The position numbers and the translations under genes were made by a program. Shown here in pieces: positions 9,056 to 16,585 of a DNA stretch of 57,073 nt; position 1 is the stretch's first letter, and each line of letters opens with the position of its first letter. Location: the IMG/VR virus record IMGVR_UViG_3300036861_000774; one strand, 5' to 3'. Below the pieces are notes generated by a model. It was given only the letters and a program-made list of their open reading frames with translations, searched no databases and was not told the origin of the DNA. Origin of the DNA: a virus.

Positions 9056-9566
9056 CCCGCCGGAGGGCGCGATGAGCGAGGGGATCCACATCACGGCAAC
9101 TTGCGAACACGCCGGGGATGGATTCGCGTGTACGGAGTGTATCGAGCAGGCCCTCAATGGACAACTGGCGGCGACGCTTCGTGTTCGCGAGGACGCCAAC
9201 AAGTGGTTTCGCGCCTATCAGGAAGAGTTCAGCGAGAGCACGCGGCTCCGTTCTGAGGTCGCCCGCCTGAGCGAGGAGCGGGATCGCGAGAAGGCCAACG
9301 CGGAAGACGGCTATCGCCGCGCGATTCAGGTGACGCGCCACGTCGGTGAGCAGGAGGCCGAGGTCGCCCGCCTGCGTGGGGCGCTCCAGGCAGTGTCGGA
9401 CTATGCGACCGCGCCTTATCGACTTAACCAGCCGTGGTGCTATTGCCTCGTCTGTGATGCGCCGGCCGCTCAAGCATGGCGGGATGTCGCCCACGCTGAA
9501 GATTGCCCGATGCCCGCGGTAGACGCCGCCCTCGCCGCCTCCGACGCGGGCCGGGAGGGGACGTAG
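9045..9566 (+). CDS. Hypothetical coiled-coil protein
   Basis: The start is taken at ATG 9045 inside ORF 8958..9566. Cys clusters flank a coiled-coil segment. The C-terminal codons fall inside the 34-bp direct repeat. Confidence 0.5.
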   Translation: MQPDPPEGAMSEGIHITATCEHAGDGFACTECIEQALNGQLAATLRVREDANKWFRAYQEEFSESTRLRSEVARLSEERDREKANAEDGYRRAIQVTRHVGEQEAEVARLRGALQAVSDYATAPYRLNQPWCYCLVCDAPAAQAWRDVAHAEDCPMPAVDAALAASDAGREGT

Positions 9567-9569
9567 ATG
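9536..9569 (+). repeat. 34-bp direct repeat, copy 1 (CGCCTCCGACGCGGGCCGGGAGGGGACGTAGATG)
   Basis: Read directly. It is identical to 9719..9752 and covers a gene end, a Shine-Dalgarno-like GGGAGGGG, a TAG stop and the next ATG. Confidence 0.9.
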
Positions 9570-9749
9570 CGAATAAAAGTAGCACCGAAAATGTGGCTAC
9601 ACGTCTGGATTCGCCATCCAGTCGCGCAGAAATATCAAGTCTGGCCTCGTGGCGTCTGGAGAGGTCTCGGCGCTGTGGGTCTTTCGGTGTATCGCCTTCA
9701 GGTTATGTTCACATATCGCGCCTCCGACGCGGGCCGGGAGGGGACGTAG
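9567..9749 (+). other. 183-bp lower-GC insert between the two direct-repeat copies. It contains a 60-aa ORF of doubtful coding status
   Basis: It is visibly AT-richer than the flanks (for example gaataaaagtagcaccgaaaatg). The ORF has weak third-position GC bias and ends with the duplicated ASDAGREGT codons. There is a hairpin CTGGAT-tcgcc-ATCCAG at about 9605-9621. Confidence 0.5.
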
Positions 9750-9752
9750 ATG
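9719..9752 (+). repeat. 34-bp direct repeat, copy 2
   Basis: Identical to 9536..9569. It supplies the ribosome-binding site and ATG of the gene at 9750. Confidence 0.9.
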
Positions 9753-10268
9753 AGCAAGGCGAGCGAGTGGGTTAAACAGAGAGATGAGACAAGCCGCCTA
9801 CGAATCAGAGGACGCAATGGTCGGATTCACGCGGATGTGTGCACGGATTGGCAGGGCTCATCCCCGCGTCTGCACATCAGGGATAGGGAGTTGGCTCCCG
9901 ATGAGGCGCTGACTCTCGCTCGCTGGATTGTGGATATGTTCGCAGAGCCCACCCCCGAGAGCGTGATGAACTGCGGATGTATCTCGTTCTGCTTCGTGCG
10001 CTCAAGACGTGGCGAGCGACCGGGGGCCGCTGAGGAGGAAGGAATGGACCCTGACTACAGCATCGAGGACCGCGCGATGGAAGAGTGCCCGCACGACCTC
10101 ATTTCGTGCGTGGATTGCGGTCGGCCATTCGCGTACGCGCGTGGGGATGTCGTGCCGGAACAGCGGACCGGCACGCAGAACGCGATGATCTACGCCACGA
10201 TGACGTTCGGAAGCGCCGTCGAGGCGGCGCGCCCAGGAGGGGCCGCGCCCGAACAGGAGACGCCGTGA
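9750..10268 (+). CDS. Hypothetical protein (172 aa)
   Basis: The ORF has a Shine-Dalgarno-like GGGAGGGG upstream. No recognised domain. Confidence 0.5.
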   Translation: MSKASEWVKQRDETSRLRIRGRNGRIHADVCTDWQGSSPRLHIRDRELAPDEALTLARWIVDMFAEPTPESVMNCGCISFCFVRSRRGERPGAAEEEGMDPDYSIEDRAMEECPHDLISCVDCGRPFAYARGDVVPEQRTGTQNAMIYATMTFGSAVEAARPGGAAPEQETP

Positions 10269-10300
10269 ACAGGCCAGCTGAGAGTCCACGAGGCGCCACG

Positions 10301-10612
10301 ATGAATCACACGCCAGGGCCGTGGCACGTTAGCAAGCGCAGTCACGGCGGCGCCATCTGCGGCGTCGATGGGCCGAATGGTGAATGTGTAGCCGTGATCT
10401 GGGCTGATGCCGGCGACGGCATGAAGGCCCACCTTCCCGAATGGGAAACCAATGCTCACGTGCTCGCCGCCGCGCCGGAGATGCTAGAAGCGTTGCGAGA
10501 TATCCTTGAAAAGATCGAACGCAATGAAGGGCCGCTTACCGGCCTTGAGATCTATATCCGCGATCGCGCCCAGGCCGCCTCCACCTCGTCGGCGCGTCGG
10601 AAGGTCCCATGA
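10301..10612 (+). CDS. HTPGPW / AAAPEML-motif phage protein (paralog A)
   Basis: MNHTPGPWHV ... NAHVLAAAPEMLEALRDI. A paralog of the minus-strand gene 11409..11687. The start is taken at ATG 10301 inside ORF 10085..10612. Confidence 0.6.
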   Translation: MNHTPGPWHVSKRSHGGAICGVDGPNGECVAVIWADAGDGMKAHLPEWETNAHVLAAAPEMLEALRDILEKIERNEGPLTGLEIYIRDRAQAASTSSARRKVP

Positions 10613-10767
10613 GTGACCCGGAGCGGGCGGTGGACGCTGCGGAAAGAATCAGCGCCGTCGTTGACATGCACGACAACGCGGTCACGGTCTGCGGGTGTTC
10701 GTGGCCAGCGATCTGTCCCCACGTTCCAGCGCCCTCCCTCCAGGTCGCATCCGTGGACAAGGCGTGA
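10609..10767 (+). CDS. Micro-ORF (52 aa)
   Basis: Translated by hand: MSDPERAVDAAERISAVVDMHDNAVTVCGCSWPAICPHVPAPSLQVASVDKA. ATGA overlap upstream. Confidence 0.35.
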   Translation: MSDPERAVDAAERISAVVDMHDNAVTVCGCSWPAICPHVPAPSLQVASVDKA

Positions 10768-10777
10768 GGAGGAAGGG

Positions 10778-10924
10778 ATGAAGAAGCATCGTTGCGGCGG
10801 CGACTTGGTACCAGCAATTGTTGCTGTCGTGGGCGAAGGTACAGCGGCGACTTTATACGAAGGATTCCGCTGTAGTCACTGCCACGGTGAGTTGATTCCC
10901 GCTGCTGAGGGGCCGGGGGCATGA
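10778..10924 (+). CDS. Small zinc-ribbon-like protein (48 aa)
   Basis: GAGGAGGAAGGG lies upstream of ATG 10778. Sequence: MKKHRCGGDL ... FRCSHCHGEL. Confidence 0.4.
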   Translation: MKKHRCGGDLVPAIVAVVGEGTAATLYEGFRCSHCHGELIPAAEGPGA

Positions 10925-11271
10925 GCGCACGCTGTCTTCGCTGCGGTGCTGGTAATGAGTGGATCGAGGGAAAAGCGACGCATCGCGCTGAGGCCGCCCC
11001 CCAGGCCAGCGGCGGGCGGGAAGATGTCGTTGTAGCAGCACGAAAGATCGCAGCGGCGTTTGGCTCTGGCAATCACCATCGTCACGTTCACGAACTCGTC
11101 GCCGCCGTCGAGAATCTCAAAGATGACGTCCCCCGCAGCCTGACGCGGAAGGAGATCGCGACCATTACGAAGAAGACCTATTACGCGTGGCGTGCGGCGC
11201 AGCCCTATTCAGCAGTCGACACGGTCTGGATTGCCATCGCCGACGCGATCCTAGCGCGGGGGAAGGGATGA
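10921..11271 (+). CDS. Hypothetical protein (116 aa)
   Basis: ATGA overlap upstream. It has an N-terminal CLRCGAG. It converges on the minus-strand cassette. Confidence 0.5.
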   Translation: MSARCLRCGAGNEWIEGKATHRAEAAPQASGGREDVVVAARKIAAAFGSGNHHRHVHELVAAVENLKDDVPRSLTRKEIATITKKTYYAWRAAQPYSAVDTVWIAIADAILARGKG

Positions 11272-11412
11272 TCACGGCGGCTTCTCCTTCCTCGGCCGCC
11301 CGCCCTTCTTCCCGTTCGCGCGAACGGCGAGGGTCTTGGCAGGGGACTTCGCCTGGCCGCCTTTGCGGCCGAGTATCGCGGCAGCGTTCTGGCGTTCCTT
11401 GCGCGTGCTCAT
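11272..11412 (-). CDS. Small basic KGG-motif protein (46 aa)
   Basis: Translated by hand from the minus strand: MSTRKERQNAAAILGRKGGQAKSPAKTLAVRANGKKGGRPRKEKPP. ATGA overlap with the gene upstream of it on the minus strand. Confidence 0.4.
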   Translation of the reverse strand: MSTRKERQNAAAILGRKGGQAKSPAKTLAVRANGKKGGRPRKEKPP

Positions 11413-11687
11413 GCTCCCTCGATCCTGGAGAGCAGGGCGCGGGCATCATCTTCCAGGCCGCGGTGAAGCGCCTTGCCGTCGGCTATCTCGACCACCTGAC
11501 GAATGATCGCCAGCATCTCCGGCGCGGCGGCGATCAGACAGGCGTTGGCTTCCCGTTGCCCGTCTTCTTGTCCTTCGGCGACGGTCACAATTTCATAGCC
11601 CGACTCGCCCGGTCCGCAAACCCAGACGCCATCGCGGGCTATGTCATGTATATTCACCGTCCACGGTCCCGGCGTGTGCTTGGTCAT
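11409..11687 (-). CDS. HTPGPW / AAAPEML-motif phage protein (paralog B)
   Basis: MTKHTPGPWTV ... NACLIAAAPEMLAIIRQV. Same family as 10301..10612 but inverted. Confidence 0.6.
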   Translation of the reverse strand: MTKHTPGPWTVNIHDIARDGVWVCGPGESGYEIVTVAEGQEDGQREANACLIAAAPEMLAIIRQVVEIADGKALHRGLEDDARALLSRIEGA

Positions 11688-11690
11688 GGC

Positions 11691-12092
11691 TTACCGCTCC
11701 TTGTCCATCAGCGCGACGGCGTCAGCCAAGTTCGTCTCGCCGAGGACGATACGCCGATCATCGTCATCGTGGGCGGACAGCAGCGCTTCGAGCACCTCGC
11801 CATCCGCCTGCCAGTCTGCTCCCGCCTCGATCAACAGGACGGGCACCCGGATAAGGCCCGCGGCGCGGGCGGCAGCCAGGCGGTGCGAGCCTGTAAGGGC
11901 GCGATCAGTGCCGTAGCGCACGACGAGGAGGGGTCGGCCTGCCCAGCCGCGTCGCTCCATCGCTTTGGTCAGGCGAGCCAGTTTGCGAGCGTCGCGCACC
12001 TCGTGCCGCTCCTCAATCGCGTGGGGGCTCAGCTCCGTCGCCTGGAGCACCATACCCGCCTCCTGCCCGTGCGTCGTCATGCCCGTCGTCAT
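11691..12092 (-). CDS. ParB-like nuclease domain protein
   Basis: The motif ALTGSHRLAAARAAG matches the ParB/Srx GxxRxxAA box. It is the first gene of the minus-strand cassette. Confidence 0.7.
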   Translation of the reverse strand: MTTGMTTHGQEAGMVLQATELSPHAIEERHEVRDARKLARLTKAMERRGWAGRPLLVVRYGTDRALTGSHRLAAARAAGLIRVPVLLIEAGADWQADGEVLEALLSAHDDDDRRIVLGETNLADAVALMDKER

Positions 12093-12100
12093 GCCCTGAG

Positions 12101-12123
12101 AATATCAAAGCGCTTAGGATATT
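12101..12123. promoter_or_regulatory. Inverted repeat AATATC-N11-GATATT in an AT-richer divergent intergenic region
   Basis: Read directly. It lies between the divergent starts at 12092 (-) and about 12148-12178 (+). Confidence 0.35.
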
Positions 12124-12147
12124 GCAAGCGGAATCTTCACGCAAGAT

Positions 12148-12426
12148 GTGGGGGCGCCGCGTGAGGAGCTACCACCGGTGGGCGCACATGCTCCAGCATG
12201 CTCCGGCATGTTGGCCAAGCCCATGACTCGCCCCTGCGGCCACTGCAACGGACGCCGGCCCGTCGAGATCCTGGGCGCCAGCTCGACGTTCCCATGTCCC
12301 GCCTGCGGCGCCATCAGCGTCCTATTTTGCCACCGCTGCGGAGCCCGCGGCGTGCCCACGGTCCAGGTCGATGACAGCCCCGAACGCCTCTGCTCGGGGT
12401 GCCGGGTGGAGAGAAAGGCGGGGTGA
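12148..12426 (+). CDS. Multi-CxxC zinc-finger protein
   Basis: CGHCNG ... CPACG ... CHRCG ... CSGC. The start is uncertain. GTG 12178 has GAGGAG 9 nt upstream. Confidence 0.45.
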   Translation: MGAPREELPPVGAHAPACSGMLAKPMTRPCGHCNGRRPVEILGASSTFPCPACGAISVLFCHRCGARGVPTVQVDDSPERLCSGCRVERKAG

Positions 12427-12427
12427 G

Positions 12428-12703
12428 ATGAAGCCGAGCATCCGATTTGAAATCTTCAAGAGAGATGGGTTCACATGTGCGTATTGTGGGCGCCGAAGCC
12501 CCGATGTCATTCTTGAAGTTGATCATGTCCTCGCTACGGTGAACGGTGGTACCGACGATAGCGAGAACTTGGTCACCTCCTGCTGGGAGTGTAATCGCGG
12601 GAAGGCGGCACGCCGGCTCGATCAAACCGCACCCGTCATTGATGTCAAGGAGCGCGCGGAGCGCCTGGACGAACATGAGCGGCAGATCACCGAGTATGCT
12701 TGA
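12428..12703 (+). CDS. HNH endonuclease (copy 3, McrA-like small form)
   Basis: RFEIFKRDGFTCAYCGRR ... LEVDHVLATVNGGTDDSENLVTSCWECNRGK. Confidence 0.8.
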   Translation: MKPSIRFEIFKRDGFTCAYCGRRSPDVILEVDHVLATVNGGTDDSENLVTSCWECNRGKAARRLDQTAPVIDVKERAERLDEHERQITEYA

Positions 12704-12743
12704 TCCTCTTCCAGCAAGACGCCAGCCTGAGTCTGGACTATAA

Positions 12744-13424
12744 ATGGCTCGTGGCACGTACCGCGGCGTCTACAGCGTCTTGGTCGACGACCCGGACTTT
12801 CGACGGCTTTCACCCCCGGCGCGCCATACGCTGCTCACCATGCGCGTCAGCAAGGAGGTCGGGATAGCCTGCCTCTGGGTGCTCGAGCCCATCACGGTGG
12901 CCAAGCAGACAGGCCTTCCCCTGGAGACGGTCGAGGGCGCCCTTGGCGAGTTATCCACATCACCATCGGCCGCTCGTCCGTGGCTCTACCGTGATGGCGA
13001 CGTTGCGTGGCTTCGCAACGGCTTGCGACACGATCCTTCCACTTCGTTGCGGTCCGCGCCCGTTCGCGCCCATTGCCTTCGAGTAGTCTCGTCACTCCCG
13101 GTGTGTGCCCTACTCAGAAAGTTCTGTCGTTATTACAAACTGCCATACCCTCTGGCCAAGGGTCACCGTACCCGTATCGAGGCGGTCTCACCTCCGAGTC
13201 CTAAGAACCGAAGAACCGATACTCCGAAGAACCGAACTACAGAACCGGTGGACGGTGTGGATAACTCCTCGCTCGTCGCCCAACCTCCCCAACAACCCGA
13301 CCCGTTGCTCTCGCAACCGGACCCGAACGGCAACGACCCGACCCACGACACCGCGACTGCGGTCGCCGTCTCCCGGTTCAAAGCCGAGTGGGCCATCCGC
13401 CATCCCGACGAGGCGCAGCCGTAA
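12744..13424 (+). CDS. Hypothetical protein (226 aa) upstream of the packaging genes
   Basis: A good ORF. Its C-terminal half is Pro/Thr/Asn-rich and carries four AGAACCG repeats at the DNA level (13204-13247). Confidence 0.5.
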   Translation: MARGTYRGVYSVLVDDPDFRRLSPPARHTLLTMRVSKEVGIACLWVLEPITVAKQTGLPLETVEGALGELSTSPSAARPWLYRDGDVAWLRNGLRHDPSTSLRSAPVRAHCLRVVSSLPVCALLRKFCRYYKLPYPLAKGHRTRIEAVSPPSPKNRRTDTPKNRTTEPVDGVDNSSLVAQPPQQPDPLLSQPDPNGNDPTHDTATAVAVSRFKAEWAIRHPDEAQP

Positions 13425-13426
13425 AA

Positions 13427-13831
13427 ATGCCCACTCGCCCGAAGTCGCCATGCCGAATCCCAGGGTGCCCGAAGCTCGGCTGCCAAGAGCATCGCCGGGC
13501 GCCGGACCTGAGGCCCTCAGCAGCGGCCAGGGGATACGACGCGAGGCATCGCAATGAGTGGCGACCCGGCGTGCTGGCTCGCTATCCGGGCTGCACCGAT
13601 CCAGACGGGCGACATCCGGATGAGCGACGCGCCTCAGTGGAGGCCGATCACATCGTGCCGATACGAGACTGGCGTGATCACCCCTGGGCGCAACGCCGGC
13701 TTGCTGAGATTCTCACCAAGCGGCGTCGAGTATGGACATGGCTGGACTGCTGGTCGCTCGACAACGGCGATGGACTTTGCAAGCCGTGTCACACCGCGAA
13801 AACGTCACGCGAACGCGTGAAAAATCCTTGA
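13427..13831 (+). CDS. HNH endonuclease (copy 4, terminase-associated position)
   Basis: CRIPGCPKL ... VEADHIVPIRDW ... DNGDGLCKPCHTAKT. It lies immediately upstream of the small and large terminase genes. Confidence 0.75.
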   Translation: MPTRPKSPCRIPGCPKLGCQEHRRAPDLRPSAAARGYDARHRNEWRPGVLARYPGCTDPDGRHPDERRASVEADHIVPIRDWRDHPWAQRRLAEILTKRRRVWTWLDCWSLDNGDGLCKPCHTAKTSRERVKNP

Positions 13832-13842
13832 CGATCTCAAAT

Positions 13843-13898
13843 CCTAGACCTGTTCAAAGGCAATTTTCACCGGGCGCACGTTCTGGGCCCGGTCTAGG
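13843..13898. promoter_or_regulatory. Inverted repeat CCTAGACC-N40-GGTCTAGG in the HNH/terminase intergenic region
   Basis: Read directly. This is an AT-richer 80-bp gap. TTGACG overlaps the HNH stop at 13828. Confidence 0.3.
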
Positions 13899-13911
13899 GT
13901 AAAGTAACGCC

Positions 13912-14253
13912 ATGGGACTGCACGGGCCGCTTGCGCTCCTGGATGTTTCGCGCGGCAATCCTGGCCGGCGAAGTTCCCCGGGTCCGAAGGTCCCGCCTGA
14001 GGTCGTCGAGGACGCGAAGGGCATTTACAAACGCCTGAAGGCCCTCGGGGATTACTACGGGACTGAGGCGGAGGCCCAGATGGCCCAGAAGTCAAAGCGC
14101 CCATCGCCTGCGCTCTGGGCCGCGCTGAAGTGCTGGAAGGAGGCGCTGTACGTGGCCTACCGGATTGCCGGGGTGGCGGTCGACCCGACGGAGCGAGACA
14201 CGCTGGCCCTTCACCTTGCGAAACGGCCGAAAGTCCCGCGCCCGTCCGCCTGA
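13912..14253 (+). CDS. terS: Terminase small subunit (P27-like)
   Basis: Called from its size, its position directly before the large terminase, and an N-terminal G-x-P-G-R pattern followed by helical AxxxW/Y segments like P27-family small terminases. Confidence 0.55.
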   Translation: MGLHGPLALLDVSRGNPGRRSSPGPKVPPEVVEDAKGIYKRLKALGDYYGTEAEAQMAQKSKRPSPALWAALKCWKEALYVAYRIAGVAVDPTERDTLALHLAKRPKVPRPSA

Positions 14254-16042
14254 GGATCCCGTCACCGCCTACGCGCGTGACGTAGTGGAAGGACGTATTG
14301 TCGCCGGGATTCCCGTCACGCTCGCTTGTCGACGCCATCTCCGGGATCTTGAGGACGGCGTCACCCGCGGTTTGGCATGGCATCCCGAGCGAGCGCAGCA
14401 TGCGCTCGACTTCTTCCGGGACTTTCTCGTCTTGCCTGATGGGCCCCAGGCCGGCGAGCCGTTTGTCCTGAGCTCATGGGCCCTCTTCACCGTCGGCAGT
14501 TTGCACGGATGGTTCAACCCCGATGGCTACCGACGATTCCGGCAGGCATTCGTCCTCACAGGGAAGGGCAGTGGCAAAACGCCGGTTGGGGCGGGGCTCT
14601 GCGTCTACGCGATGGTGGCGGACGCCATGACCGGGGCCCAGTGCTTCGTCGCCGCGACCTCGAGGGATCAGGCGGGTATCCCGTTTACCGACTGCAAACG
14701 GATTCTTGGTCCCGAGCTGAAGGCCCGGCTTGAAATCCTCGAGCACAATATCGCGATGCCGGCGACGGGCGCGTTCATCCGGCCGATTTCTTCGGAGGCC
14801 CGAACGCTGGATGGTAAACGGGTGTACTTCGCGCTGATGGACGAGCTCCACGAGCATCGGGATCGGGAAGTGGTCAACAAGATGCGGGCCGGGACCAAGG
14901 GGAACCGCGAGAGCCTCCTCTTCGCGATCACCAACGCGGGGGAGAACCGGGAGTCGATCTGCTGGGATTTCCACGAGAAGAGCCTCAAGGTGCTGAACGG
15001 CACCCTCGAGGATGACGAGTGGTTCGCCTACGTCTGTCAGCTCGACCCGTGCGCGAAGTGCCGAAAGGCCGGTCATATCGCCCGGCAGGATGGCTGCCCA
15101 GACTGCGATGACTGGCGCGACGAGCAGATATGGGTGAAAACCAATCCGCTCGTCGGCGTGACAATCCCCGAGTCCTATCTGCGTGCGGAGGTTAAGAACG
15201 CCGTCGATATTCCGTCGAGCGAGAGCATGGTCAGACGCCTGAACTTCTGCGAGTGGCTCACCGGAGCCTCCAGGTGGTTCACGGCTGACCAATGGGCGGC
15301 GTGTGGCATGCCGGTGGATCAGGAGGCCCTCAAGGGCCGGCCGTCCGTGCTCGGCATCGACCTTGCCAACACGCGGGATCTGGCGGCGGCGGTGCTCATC
15401 TGCCCGACGCCGGACTTCTTCGCCGAGATCACGACCGATTTGGACGGGAATGTCACGATCGGAGAGGTCGCCGGCGGGCTGGACGTGCTCTGCTGGGTGT
15501 GGTGTCCCGAGGCCACAGTTCTTGAGCAGAGCAAGCGGGGCGTGCCCTACGATGCGTGGGTGCGGAGCGGCGCGCTTATCGCCACGTCAGGGGATGCGAT
15601 CGACCACCGAGCGATCCGCCGGCACATCGTGGCGCTCCGATCGGCGGGCTACTGGATTCAGGAAATCGCCTATGACCCTGCATTTTCGGTCCAGTTTGCG
15701 CAAGATCTGCAAGATCAGGACGCATTTGTCGTCGTTCCGATCGCCCAGGACTACCGAATGATGACGGAGCCGTGCTCGATCTTGGAGACGCTCGTCGTGA
15801 CCCGCCGTCTTCGACACGGCAATACCCCAGTGCTTCGTTACGCTGCGGCCAACGTGATCCTTGAGCGGGATGGCGGGGGACGAATGCGCCCGAGCAAGAA
15901 AAAGAGCGACCCGAATGGCAAGATCGACCCGATTTCGGCCCTGGTGACGGGCCTGAAGCGGCTCCACGTCCTGCGGATGTCGCAACAGCGGGCGGAGCCG
16001 ATCATGGGTCCCCCGCGAGCAACGGCAGGGATGCCGTGGTGA
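14165..16042 (+). CDS. terL: Terminase large subunit
   Basis: The N-terminus AYARDVVEGRIVAG is typical of large terminases. Walker A is TGKGSGKT and Walker B is FALMDELHE. The C-terminal part looks like a nuclease-type region. The start is uncertain (TTG 14165 overlaps terS). Confidence 0.85.
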   Translation: MPGWRSTRRSETRWPFTLRNGRKSRARPPEDPVTAYARDVVEGRIVAGIPVTLACRRHLRDLEDGVTRGLAWHPERAQHALDFFRDFLVLPDGPQAGEPFVLSSWALFTVGSLHGWFNPDGYRRFRQAFVLTGKGSGKTPVGAGLCVYAMVADAMTGAQCFVAATSRDQAGIPFTDCKRILGPELKARLEILEHNIAMPATGAFIRPISSEARTLDGKRVYFALMDELHEHRDREVVNKMRAGTKGNRESLLFAITNAGENRESICWDFHEKSLKVLNGTLEDDEWFAYVCQLDPCAKCRKAGHIARQDGCPDCDDWRDEQIWVKTNPLVGVTIPESYLRAEVKNAVDIPSSESMVRRLNFCEWLTGASRWFTADQWAACGMPVDQEALKGRPSVLGIDLANTRDLAAAVLICPTPDFFAEITTDLDGNVTIGEVAGGLDVLCWVWCPEATVLEQSKRGVPYDAWVRSGALIATSGDAIDHRAIRRHIVALRSAGYWIQEIAYDPAFSVQFAQDLQDQDAFVVVPIAQDYRMMTEPCSILETLVVTRRLRHGNTPVLRYAAANVILERDGGGRMRPSKKKSDPNGKIDPISALVTGLKRLHVLRMSQQRAEPIMGPPRATAGMPW

Positions 16043-16393
16043 ACAACGGATTATATCGGTGTAGTGGATGCCACCAACCCGCCCGGCCCTGTAACTGCGG
16101 GGAGCGAAAACTCGGGACGAGATGTCCTAGCGAGGGCTGTGTCATTGATCGCCGCATTTACCATCCCGAATGTTGTCCGCGGCGCCGTCGGCATCGGTCC
16201 AGATTTCAGGGCGCATGCTGTCGTCACGGAAGTAGCCTGGTGCTGGCTAGGCGGTACGTGGCCTATCGAACGAGTCTTGAACGGCGACCCCTGTGGTAGC
16301 GCCCCGGCTCCCCGACGAAGACGAGGACGAGATCGAAGAGGAGGAAGAGGCGGAGGAGCGTCGGCAACGGGAACGGAGGCACGAAGAGGCGTG

Positions 16394-16585
16394 ATGGAAC
16401 CGGGATTTTACTGGGCGACTTATCCCGACGGAAGCTGGAGCGTGGTGGAAGTCTACGACCTGGCTGGCGTTGACGAGCGCTACGTCCGCTTCATCGGCTC
16501 CGATCAGGATTGTTCGCTGAGCACGTTTGCGCATGAGCGTCACGCATTCGGGCCGCGCATTACGCCCCCGGAAGGACCACGATGA
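16394..16585 (+). CDS. Hypothetical protein (63 aa)
   Basis: The start is taken at ATG 16394 inside ORF 16064..16585. ATGA coupling to the next gene. Confidence 0.4.
   Translation: MEPGFYWATYPDGSWSVVEVYDLAGVDERYVRFIGSDQDCSLSTFAHERHAFGPRITPPEGPR

Noticed and set aside
11187-12164. 325-aa + strand ORF across the minus-strand cassette.
   Set aside because: It is antisense to three minus-strand genes. Two of these have clear family motifs (the ParB box and HTPGPW/AAAPEML), and all three have ATGA coupling or tight spacing. The + strand product is Arg/Ser/Pro-rich with no motif.
14165-14253. The 89-nt terS/terL overlap as a possible recoding site.
   Set aside because: There is no slippery heptamer in the overlap. 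The simplest explanation is an unresolved non-ATG start for the large terminase gene (TTG 14165, or a downstream GTG).
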